NCBI GenBank assembly: GCA_023475025.1
Contig: JAMCWB010000030.1
Coordinates: forward strand, 1,853 to 65,852
Origin: Gammaproteobacteria bacterium
GTDB lineage: Bacteria > Pseudomonadota > Gammaproteobacteria > Pseudomonadales > Pseudomonadaceae
Direction: 5' to 3'
Length of the DNA: 64,000 nucleotides
Below, one piece after another: positions 10,696-19,082 of the stretch (positions are counted from its first letter, which is position 1; each line of letters opens with the position of its first letter). Made by a program: the position numbers and the translations under genes. The notes beneath the pieces are model-generated. The model was not told where the DNA came from. It was given only the letters and a program-made list of their open reading frames with translations, and did no database searches.

Positions 10696-12204
10696 GTGAT
10701 CATGTCTCTGGCTATCGTGCATAGCCGCGCCAAGCTGGGTATTCAGGCGCCGCTGGTCAGTGTTGAAGTCCATCTCGCCAATGGCATGCCAAGCATGACC
10801 CTGGTGGGGCTACCGGAAACCGCTGTGCGTGAGAGCAAGGACCGCGTACGCAGCGCCCTGAGCAATAGCCAGCTCGACTTCCCCGGCCTCAAGCGCATCA
10901 CCATCAATCTGGCACCGGCCGACCTGCCCAAGGAAGGCGGACGCTTTGATCTGGGCATCGCTCTGGGCCTGCTCTGTGCCAGCGGCCAGATTGATGCCAA
11001 GGTGCTGAACGCGCATGAATGTCTGGGTGAACTGGCCTTGTCTGGTGCCCTGCGCCCGGTGCAAGGCGTACTGCCTGCCGCTCTGGCCTGCCGTGAAGCA
11101 GGGCGCACCCTGGTGATCCCCAAGGACAACGCGCAGGAAGCAGCACTGGTTCGCGGCCTGACAGTGATTGCTGCCGACCACCTGCTGGACGTGGTTGCTC
11201 ACTTACGCGGCGAGACCTGCATTCCCCCTTTCAGCACCGACGCACCGCCACAGGCCGAGGCCTATCCGGATCTATCCGATGTGCAAGGTCAGGCCCAGGC
11301 CAAACGTGCCTTGCAGGTGGCCGCCAGCGGCGGGCATAACCTGCTGCTATTCGGCCCGCCCGGTACCGGCAAAACCCTGCTGGCCAGCCGCTTGCCCGGT
11401 ATCCTGCCGCCACTGAACGAGCAGCAGGCGCTGCAGGTGGCCGCCATCCAGTCCATTTGCGGGCAGGGCCCCTTGCAGCACTGGCCGCGCCGGCCCTTTC
11501 GTGCGCCCCATCATGGCGCATCCTCGGCGGCACTGGTCGGTGGCGGCAGTCATCCCCGTCCGGGCGAGGTCAGTCAGGCGCACCAGGGCGTCCTGTTTCT
11601 CGACGAGCTGCCCGAATTCGACCGCAAGGTGCTGGAAATGCTGCGCGAACCGCTGGAATCCGGCCAGATCCATATTGCCCGTGCGCGCGAGCAGCTGACC
11701 TTTCCAGCCCGCTTTCAATTGATCGCAGCGATGAACCCGTGCCCCTGCGGCTATCAGGGCGATCCTTCGGGCCGTTGCAGCTGCACGCCGGATCAGGTCA
11801 GCCGTTATCGCAGCAAGCTTTCAGGCCCCTTGCTGGACCGCATCGACCTGCATCTGCAAATGCATAATGAACCCGTCAGTCTGCGCCAGCAGACACCGGC
11901 CAAGCCAGACAGCGCGACGGCTGCTGCACTGGTCGCTGCTGCGCAGCAACGCCAGCTGCAGCGCCAGAGCTGTCTGAACGCACATCTGGACCTAGCTGGC
12001 CTGCGTGATCACTGCACCCTGAGTGATGCTGATGCCGGTTGGCTGGAGCAGGCCATTGAGCGGCTGGGACTATCCCACCGGGCCAGCCACCGGGTACTCA
12101 AGGTAGCGCGCACACTGGCCGACCTGGACGCAGAGCAAGGCATCAGTCGCAGCCATTTGGCCGAGGCCTTGCAGTATCGTCAACTGGATCGCCAACCGAA
12201 TTAG
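10696..12204 (+). CDS. yifB: YifB/ComM-family Mg-chelatase-like AAA+ ATPase
   Basis: Walker A LLLFGPPGTGKT, Walker B VLFLDELPEF, and a Cys-rich insert PCPCGY..CSC. Confidence 0.9.
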   Translation: MIMSLAIVHSRAKLGIQAPLVSVEVHLANGMPSMTLVGLPETAVRESKDRVRSALSNSQLDFPGLKRITINLAPADLPKEGGRFDLGIALGLLCASGQIDAKVLNAHECLGELALSGALRPVQGVLPAALACREAGRTLVIPKDNAQEAALVRGLTVIAADHLLDVVAHLRGETCIPPFSTDAPPQAEAYPDLSDVQGQAQAKRALQVAASGGHNLLLFGPPGTGKTLLASRLPGILPPLNEQQALQVAAIQSICGQGPLQHWPRRPFRAPHHGASSAALVGGGSHPRPGEVSQAHQGVLFLDELPEFDRKVLEMLREPLESGQIHIARAREQLTFPARFQLIAAMNPCPCGYQGDPSGRCSCTPDQVSRYRSKLSGPLLDRIDLHLQMHNEPVSLRQQTPAKPDSATAAALVAAAQQRQLQRQSCLNAHLDLAGLRDHCTLSDADAGWLEQAIERLGLSHRASHRVLKVARTLADLDAEQGISRSHLAEALQYRQLDRQPN

Positions 12205-12218
12205 AGAGAAATGAGCAC

Positions 12219-13901
12219 TCAGGCTTCGCCAATCAGGTCTTCACGGCACATCTGGTAGGCATCGAGGAAATAGCACAGCTCATCAAAGGCCAATGCCGGG
12301 CTGATGAAGTAGCCCTGAATCTGATCACAACCCATGCTGCGCAAGTGCTCCAGCTGGGCACGCTCCTCCACCCCTTCGGCCACCACTTCCAGCCCCAGGC
12401 TGTGCCCCATATCAACCATGGCCGACACCAGCTGGCGATCACTTTCCTGCAGATGGACACCCTTGACGAAGCTACGATCCAGCTTGAGCAGGTCAATCGG
12501 CAGGCTATGCAGGTGCACGAAAGAGGAAAAGCCGGTACCGAAATCATCCAACGAAAAACGTACGCCAAGCCCGACCATGCCCTCCATGGTCTGCAACACC
12601 TGCTCAGGGTGCTGCATCACCGCGGTTTCCGTCAGCTCGAACTCGAGAAAGCGCGGATCAACGCCGGTCTTTTCCAGCAGACGCTGCACGGTCGCCAGCA
12701 ACTGGCTGTCCTGAAACTGGCGGAAAGACATGTTCACTGCCACATGCACTGGCTGACGACGCCGCTGCAGACGGGCCAGGTCATGACAGGCGCGGGCAAT
12801 CACCCAATAGCCCATAGGTACGATCAGGCCGGTTTGCTCTGCCAGCGGAATAAATTCGTTGGGCCCAAGCAAGCCGCGCTCGGGGTGACGCCAGCGAATC
12901 AGGCCTTCCAGCCCGACAATACGGCCACTGGCCAGGTCAACCCGCGGCTGGTAATGCAACTCGAATTCGCCCCGGCGCAGCGCCTGGCGCAAGGAGGTCT
13001 CGAACTCGATCAGACTATTGGCCTGCAGGTTGAGGCGTTCATCATAGAAATGGAACTGACAGCCGCGCTGTTGTTTGGCTTGCTGCATGGCCATATTGGC
13101 ATGCAGCAACAGGGTATCCACGCTCTGACCCGCCTCCGGATAGGTGGCGATACCGATACTGCAGCCCAGTAGCAGGCCTTCAGAGCCCAGCAGAAATGGC
13201 TCAGCCAACTCACTCACCAGTTTCTGCGCAATCTGCAGCAAGTTGCTCGGCGAGCGGTAGTCTTCCAGCACCACGGCAAACTCATCGCTACCCATACGGC
13301 CGATAGTGTCGGTGTTACGCAATATGCTGCGCAGCCGCTGCACCACTTCCAGAATGATCTGATCGCCGGCCTCATGGCCAAGGGTATCGTTGACCCGGCG
13401 GAAGTTATCCAGATCAATAAAGAGCACAGCCAGGGGCTGATTGGCACGCAAGGCACGGTGCATGCCCTGGCGCAGCCGGTCCTGCAGCATCTGCCGGTTA
13501 CAGGTACCGGTCAGCGGGTCATAGCTGGCGGCATGGTCGAGGGCTGTTTGCAGGCTGTGGCGTTCAATGGCGTAGCGCAGACAACGCATGACTTCGCTGG
13601 CACTGGCCTGATCCCAGATGGTATCAGCAAGGGTAGCGGGCAGCTCGACCGGGTCCGGCTGGTCACTGAAGAAGATCAGCGGAACGCTGCACTCGGGCAT
13701 ATTTACCAGATACTTTTCCCGCACCAGCACGGCTGTGACCTCACCGGCGGCAATCAGCGCCTGCAGATCGGCCCAGGCGTCAAGACGCTCCAGACGATAA
13801 GGCTGACCGGGAATAGCAGCAAGACGACGGCACAATTGCACATAGGCACCGTGATCATCGTCCAGCAGTACTACATGCTGCACCTGGCTGTTAGCAGTCA
13901 A
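12219..13901 (-). CDS. Receiver-like / GGDEF / EAL c-di-GMP turnover protein
   Basis: A GGDEF-type domain with a degenerate GSDEF site, and an EAL-type domain (EFELTE, DDFGTGFSS, QGYF). Confidence 0.88.
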   Translation of the reverse strand: MTANSQVQHVVLLDDDHGAYVQLCRRLAAIPGQPYRLERLDAWADLQALIAAGEVTAVLVREKYLVNMPECSVPLIFFSDQPDPVELPATLADTIWDQASASEVMRCLRYAIERHSLQTALDHAASYDPLTGTCNRQMLQDRLRQGMHRALRANQPLAVLFIDLDNFRRVNDTLGHEAGDQIILEVVQRLRSILRNTDTIGRMGSDEFAVVLEDYRSPSNLLQIAQKLVSELAEPFLLGSEGLLLGCSIGIATYPEAGQSVDTLLLHANMAMQQAKQQRGCQFHFYDERLNLQANSLIEFETSLRQALRRGEFELHYQPRVDLASGRIVGLEGLIRWRHPERGLLGPNEFIPLAEQTGLIVPMGYWVIARACHDLARLQRRRQPVHVAVNMSFRQFQDSQLLATVQRLLEKTGVDPRFLEFELTETAVMQHPEQVLQTMEGMVGLGVRFSLDDFGTGFSSFVHLHSLPIDLLKLDRSFVKGVHLQESDRQLVSAMVDMGHSLGLEVVAEGVEERAQLEHLRSMGCDQIQGYFISPALAFDELCYFLDAYQMCREDLIGEA

Positions 13902-14064
13902 GAAATTTCCCCGATGGCCCTATAAAATTAATTAGATACAGTGTTTTTATAAAGTAGGTTATATCCAATTTTTTGCCACATACCAAGCCTAGCCTTTAGC
14001 CATCACTGCTGATTGTCAAGCGCAAGCTGATAGAATACTCGCTCAACTCAGGAGCCATGCCGCC

Positions 14065-16071
14065 GTGTCACGCCTCAACCCCCGCCAGCAGGAAGCCGTT
14101 CACTACATCAGTGGCCCGTTGCTGGTACTGGCCGGTGCCGGCAGTGGTAAAACCAGCGTCATTACCCGCAAGATCGCCTACCTGGTCCGTGAGTGCGGTA
14201 TCAAGGCCCGGCATATTGTTGCCGTGACCTTTACCAACAAGGCCGCTCGCGAGATGAAGGAGCGTGTCGGCCAACTGATCAAGGGCCCCGATGCGCGCGG
14301 GCTGACGGTTTCTACTTTTCATAACCTGGGCCTCAACATCATCCGCAAGGAACACCAGACACTGGGCTTCAAGCCCGGCTTTTCGATCTTCGACCAGCAG
14401 GATGCCCAGGCGCTGATTACCGATCTGATGCAGCGGGATTACGGCGCCGACGATGGTAGCGATGGCATTCAGCAGCAAATTTCCAGCTGGAAAAACGACC
14501 TTATCCTGCCGGATGAAGCCTTGGCTAATGCCCGCACACCCCAGGAGCAAACCGCCGCCAGCGTCTACATGCACTATCAGCGCACACTCAAGGCCTATAA
14601 TGCGGTCGATTTCGATGACCTGATTCTGATTCCGGTGATGCTGTTTCGCAATCACCCGGATGTGTTGGAAAAGTGGCAATTCCGCATCCGCTACATGCTG
14701 GTCGACGAATACCAGGACACCAACGCCAGCCAGTACCTGCTGGTGAAAATGCTGGTCGGCAATCAGGCGCGCTTTACCGTGGTCGGCGATGACGACCAGT
14801 CAATCTATGCCTGGCGCGGTGCGCGACCAGAAAATCTGGCGCTGTTGAAAGAGGATTTTCCCAGCCTCAAGGTAGTCATGCTCGAGCAGAACTACCGCTC
14901 GACCAGCCGTATTCTGCGCGCCGCCAACACCTTGATTGCCAATAATCCTCACGTATTTGAGAAGCAGTTGTGGAGCGAGCTGGGCTATGGCGATCCGATC
15001 CGGGTGATCCGTTGCCGCAACGAAGATGCCGAAGCCGAACGGGTCGCCACCGAGATCCAGACTGCGCATCTCAAGCATCGCCGGGCATGGAAGGACGTTG
15101 CCATTCTTTACCGCGGCAATCATCAGGCACGCTTGATGGAGCTCAAGTTGCAGCATCACCAGATTCCCTATCACTTGTCCGGCGGCACCAGCTTTTTCAG
15201 CCGCCAGGAAGTGAAGGACCTGATGTCTTACTTCCGTTTGCTGGTCAACCCGGATGACGACAACGCACTGCTACGGGTCATCAATGTACCGCGCCGCGAA
15301 ATCGGCCCGGCCACCCTGGAGAAACTGAGCAACTATGCCAACGGCCGCGAAATCAGCCTGTTTACTGCCTGCGGAGAAATGGGGCTGGCAGAACACCTCG
15401 ACGCCCGCTATCTCGAGCGCCTGCAACGCTTCCAGAGCTGGCTGGACGGCATTCGCCAGCGCTGCCAGCGGGAAGAACCCATAGGCGTGCTACGCGATAT
15501 GGTGCTGGATCTGGACTACGAGAACTGGCTGCGCCAGAACTGCTCCAGCGACGAGATTGCTGCCAAGCGCATGAGCAACGTCTGGTTTCTGCTCGACGCC
15601 CTGAAAAGCATTATCGAGCGGGATGAAGAGGGCAAAACCGATATTGAAGATGCGATCGCCAAACTGGTCCTGCGTGACATGCTCGATCGTCAGGAGGAGG
15701 AAGAAGACACCGACCGCGTCCAGCTGATGACTCTGCATGCCAGCAAGGGCCTGGAATACCCGCATGTATTCATTCTGGGGATGGAGGAAGAAATCCTGCC
15801 GCACCGCTCCAGCATTGAAGCCGACAGCGTGGAAGAAGAGCGCCGGCTGACCTATGTCGGCATTACCCGCGCCCGCCAGACATTGACCTTTACCTTCGCC
15901 GCCCGTCGACGCCAGTTTGGCGAAGTCATTGACTGCCTGCCCAGCCGATTCCTCGATGAATTACCCGACGATGACCTCGAATGGGAAGGCACCGACGACG
16001 CCCCACCAGAGCAAAAGCAGGCACGCGGAAACAACGCCCTGTCTGACATCCGCAGCCTGCTCGGCCGCTGA
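14065..16071 (+). CDS. rep: ATP-dependent DNA helicase Rep
   Basis: GTG start. SF1A motifs are present (AGAGSGKT, VDEYQDTN, TLHASKGLE), and the protein is 668 aa. Confidence 0.93.
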   Translation: MSRLNPRQQEAVHYISGPLLVLAGAGSGKTSVITRKIAYLVRECGIKARHIVAVTFTNKAAREMKERVGQLIKGPDARGLTVSTFHNLGLNIIRKEHQTLGFKPGFSIFDQQDAQALITDLMQRDYGADDGSDGIQQQISSWKNDLILPDEALANARTPQEQTAASVYMHYQRTLKAYNAVDFDDLILIPVMLFRNHPDVLEKWQFRIRYMLVDEYQDTNASQYLLVKMLVGNQARFTVVGDDDQSIYAWRGARPENLALLKEDFPSLKVVMLEQNYRSTSRILRAANTLIANNPHVFEKQLWSELGYGDPIRVIRCRNEDAEAERVATEIQTAHLKHRRAWKDVAILYRGNHQARLMELKLQHHQIPYHLSGGTSFFSRQEVKDLMSYFRLLVNPDDDNALLRVINVPRREIGPATLEKLSNYANGREISLFTACGEMGLAEHLDARYLERLQRFQSWLDGIRQRCQREEPIGVLRDMVLDLDYENWLRQNCSSDEIAAKRMSNVWFLLDALKSIIERDEEGKTDIEDAIAKLVLRDMLDRQEEEEDTDRVQLMTLHASKGLEYPHVFILGMEEEILPHRSSIEADSVEEERRLTYVGITRARQTLTFTFAARRRQFGEVIDCLPSRFLDELPDDDLEWEGTDDAPPEQKQARGNNALSDIRSLLGR

Positions 16072-16090
16072 TCAGCAGCGAGCATAAAAA

Positions 16091-16125
16091 ACCGCCGCAC
16101 CCGGCAGGGTAACGGCGGTTCTTTT
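16091..16125. terminator. Bidirectional terminator between rep and cytochrome c5
   Basis: Stem ACCGCCG...CGGCGGT flanked by an A-run upstream and TTCTTTT downstream. Confidence 0.55.
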
Positions 16126-16141
16126 CAAGCGATGTGCCGGA

Positions 16142-16585
16142 TCAGAGACCGGACATGTACTTGATAGACTCCATCAGCTCTTCATCGCTGCAGTTACCAC
16201 AAGTACCGCGCGGCGGCATGCCCGGCGGAATACCAGCGATGGCAGACTGCGTCAGCTCTTCCCAGCTATCGTTCCAGGCAGCCAGACGCTCGCCCCAGGC
16301 ATCAGCATCATTGGTAACCGGCGCACCCAACACGCCATTGGCGTGGCATGCGGTGCAGAACTGCTGATAAACCTGCTGGCCAGAACGCGCCTCAGCAACG
16401 TCACCACCGTTACCGGCAGGTGTTGCGGCAACTTCATCGGCGCAGGGGTCGCCCATCAGGCAAACATTGCCAACAGGCTTGATACGCTCAGCAATGGCCT
16501 GATCAACCGTTGAAGCGAAAGCACCGCCGGCAACCAGGGCAAGCATGGCTGCAGAGGCAGCCAGGAGTTTTTTCACAGTCGTCAC
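16142..16585 (-). CDS. cycB: Cytochrome c5
   Basis: Signal peptide plus a single haem site CTACH, 147 aa. Confidence 0.85.
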   Translation of the reverse strand: MTTVKKLLAASAAMLALVAGGAFASTVDQAIAERIKPVGNVCLMGDPCADEVAATPAGNGGDVAEARSGQQVYQQFCTACHANGVLGAPVTNDADAWGERLAAWNDSWEELTQSAIAGIPPGMPPRGTCGNCSDEELMESIKYMSGL

Positions 16586-16803
16586 CTTAACATCCTCATC
16601 GTAGCTTTAATTATGCGCTGGCAAACCGGCCACAAAACCGATTCACATAGCCAGTCAATGCCGCGAGTATACCGGTAAACCGCCTGCCGACAAAATAGCC
16701 AGAACACGCTTATCTGTAACCACCAGCATCAACCAGGATAAATTGCCCGGGCACAGCCGACGCTAGACGCAACAAGCCGCAATGCGTATCATTGCCGCCC
16801 TAC

Positions 16804-16880
16804 GCACCCGTAGCTCAGCTGGATAGAGTACCGCCCTCCGAAGGCGGGGGTCACAGGTTCGAATCCTGTCGGGTGCGCCA
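16804..16880 (+). tRNA. tRNA-Arg (anticodon CCG)
   Basis: Cloverleaf read by hand: acceptor GCACCCG/CGGGTGC, anticodon stem CCGCC/GGCGG with loop CTCCGAA, T-arm ACAGG-TTCGAAT-CCTGT, and an encoded CCA. Confidence 0.9.
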
Positions 16881-17035
16881 TCTCCCTTTAAAATCAACGA
16901 CTTACAACTACACGAACTCTCTTTTCTTGTGCCCAATTCGGCGGCTACAGAAAATAAGTACTCACTCGCCTTTTCAAAACACTTTGTCAGAATGACCCCT
17001 GCCCTCCAGCACTGAAAAAGCCTGAAAAAAGCTTT

Positions 17036-17064
17036 GTGCCCAGAATGTGCCCAAACCGTGCCCA
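17036..17064. repeat. Three direct GTGCCCA copies with exact 11-bp phasing
   Basis: Copies lie at 17036, 17047 and 17058, about 155 bp from the tRNA 3' end. Confidence 0.7.
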
Positions 17065-17288
17065 CTGATTTTTTTGCTTTTGGCAGCGACGGAGATTTTG
17101 AGTATAGCCCTCGTGCCCGTTTTCCATCGCTTGCAGGAATTTGGGTAGGTCAGTAGCGCTGTTTGTATGGTCAGGAAACTTCTTCCCCCAGATCACGCTA
17201 GCCCGTGCTGCTCGCTAAGCCCATTGACTAAACACATTGGGGCGTGGCCCGGGGAAGAGCGATTTACCCGCACTCAGAAGCTTGGAAA

Positions 17289-19082
17289 TTAACTTTCAAT
17301 ACTCAAAGCCCACCCCCTCCTGCCTAATGTCCGAAAGTCGCAACTCCCTGCAACCATTTGTTGATACTCGCGTGCGCCCTTAATTCCCCCGCGCAAGTAC
17401 CGATCGGATCCGCACTCAGCGCAATGAGCCTTGAATCCGGCTGGTTCCTGAAAAACAGGGCAAGCTGACCCACCGCATACAGGACAGACCTTCAATGCCC
17501 TGATCTCTTCGCTACGTTGTACCAGCTCATTCTCGAGCCGTATCGCATTGCCAGCCTTCAACACCTTATTCAGTTCGCCCAAGAGGTTTCCATCCAGCAC
17601 GTCCCTTACCTGGAGGGTTTTATTTTGTTGATCGACCCGCAGAGCAGAAGACCCCTTGGCCAGACTGAGAGCAGCAGTCGGGACTTTTATTAACGGTCGT
17701 CCATAGTTTTCCAACAGCAGTCCCTGCAAGACCCGATCAACCAATAAGCCAAATCGTTCCTCGCAGTACATATCCGAAGGGGAAAGCGGCACCCATTGCC
17801 CTTCAAAGGCGACCTGCGGCAGTTCTTGATCAAGTGCGGGCCAGGCGATGATCCGGTTGGTAGTAAGCTTCTGTTCAGAGGGGGCTTCCGCTGTCAGCCA
17901 AGGTACAACAGTCAGCAGTACCGCATCAGCGCTCACCAATTCCCACTCCAAGCCATTTTGTCGCAACGCCAGGGACCTGCCTGCCCAGTCCCCCTGGTCT
18001 TTCCCCCCTAGATACGGCTGCAGCGCTCGGCGTAAAACAAGGCCTGCGTAACGCGAATAAGCTTGAGCGAGATGCCGATTTCTTCTGAAACGCTCTTCAG
18101 CAGTTACTTTAGTTCCTGCCTGGCTGCGACCCAAAAGATCCCATAGAGCAGCCACATGCCGGTAGCTCGGATCATGGCTGAGGATATTCGTGCGATGCAA
18201 TCCGCTTTCAACCTGAGCGTTGCGGTCTACCAGCGTATACAGGCCACTTTGCTGCAACCCCCGGATTGCCTTTTGCAGGCTCTGCAGCGTGCTCAGTGAT
18301 TCATTCAAGAGCGCAGAGACTTTGCTGGTAGCACTCTGATCAAAGGTCCTACCCCATATATCACATACTGCATGGGCCAACCGATGATTGATATCGGCGG
18401 ACTCATAAAACTCCATAGCCTGGTCAAGTGTCGCCTGCAAACTACCAAGGGCCGATAGTCGATTACGCAGATGTCTGTCGATCTTGTCCAACAGCCTTGC
18501 GTATACACGGTTCTCGTAGATGCCGTAATCATCCTCACTGAAACGAGCCATTACCTTTCTTGGAATAACCCCGCTCAATGTTTGCCGCTGCCAATATTCG
18601 GAGTGGGACGCGAGGTGCACCAGCGCACCTTTTGACAACCTGCGTGCACGGGCTATATCTGTGACTTCATCCTCATAATGCATATCCAGTCGTGGTCGCT
18701 TGGAGATTCGGTGCAGATGCCCTTTGTTGAGCACCTCCCGCAACTTCTCTTCAAATGTCTGGAGATGTGCCTGATCATCTACAACTGCTGCTGGCATCAG
18801 AGGAGAAGGCAGCGTTTCCCCCTTCTGAATGTCAGCATCTATAGTGATAATTGCATTGAATAGCAGGTCGGCATTCGCAGTGTCGGCCTGTCCTGGAAGG
18901 ATGAAGGTTAGAATCTGCTTATCAAGCTGGCATCGCTGCCCACCGTCATCAACCAGTAGCCCCGAGAAGTCGGGCGTGTGACCATTCAAGGTGAGCCCTG
19001 TAGAGCCAGCCCAATAGCGCCCAGGCGCAACCTGCGGGGGCAGCGTCTTAAGCTGCGCCCCTGTCAGCCTATCCAACCACAT
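17289..19082 (-). CDS. McrC-like (DUF2357-type) partner protein with C-terminal zinc ribbon (CnuC-like)
   Basis: 597 aa with a 1-nt start/stop overlap on the McrB-like gene. DDYGIYENRVYARLL resembles the conserved ENR motif of McrC-family proteins. The C-terminal CPVCGG...CAECG is a zinc ribbon. No clear PD-(D/E)xK triad was seen by eye. Confidence 0.5.
   Translation of the reverse strand: MWLDRLTGAQLKTLPPQVAPGRYWAGSTGLTLNGHTPDFSGLLVDDGGQRCQLDKQILTFILPGQADTANADLLFNAIITIDADIQKGETLPSPLMPAAVVDDQAHLQTFEEKLREVLNKGHLHRISKRPRLDMHYEDEVTDIARARRLSKGALVHLASHSEYWQRQTLSGVIPRKVMARFSEDDYGIYENRVYARLLDKIDRHLRNRLSALGSLQATLDQAMEFYESADINHRLAHAVCDIWGRTFDQSATSKVSALLNESLSTLQSLQKAIRGLQQSGLYTLVDRNAQVESGLHRTNILSHDPSYRHVAALWDLLGRSQAGTKVTAEERFRRNRHLAQAYSRYAGLVLRRALQPYLGGKDQGDWAGRSLALRQNGLEWELVSADAVLLTVVPWLTAEAPSEQKLTTNRIIAWPALDQELPQVAFEGQWVPLSPSDMYCEERFGLLVDRVLQGLLLENYGRPLIKVPTAALSLAKGSSALRVDQQNKTLQVRDVLDGNLLGELNKVLKAGNAIRLENELVQRSEEIRALKVCPVCGGSACPVFQEPAGFKAHCAECGSDRYLRGGIKGAREYQQMVAGSCDFRTLGRRGWALSIES

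Noticed and set aside
16763-17196. Minus-strand ORFs 16763..17065 and 16987..17196, and the idea that ...WARFGHILGTK... is the C-terminal relic of an integrase
   Set aside because: The first ORF runs antisense through the tRNA gene. The integrase-remnant idea rests on a vague resemblance that I cannot verify without a search. Only the DNA-level GTGCCCA repeats are reported.
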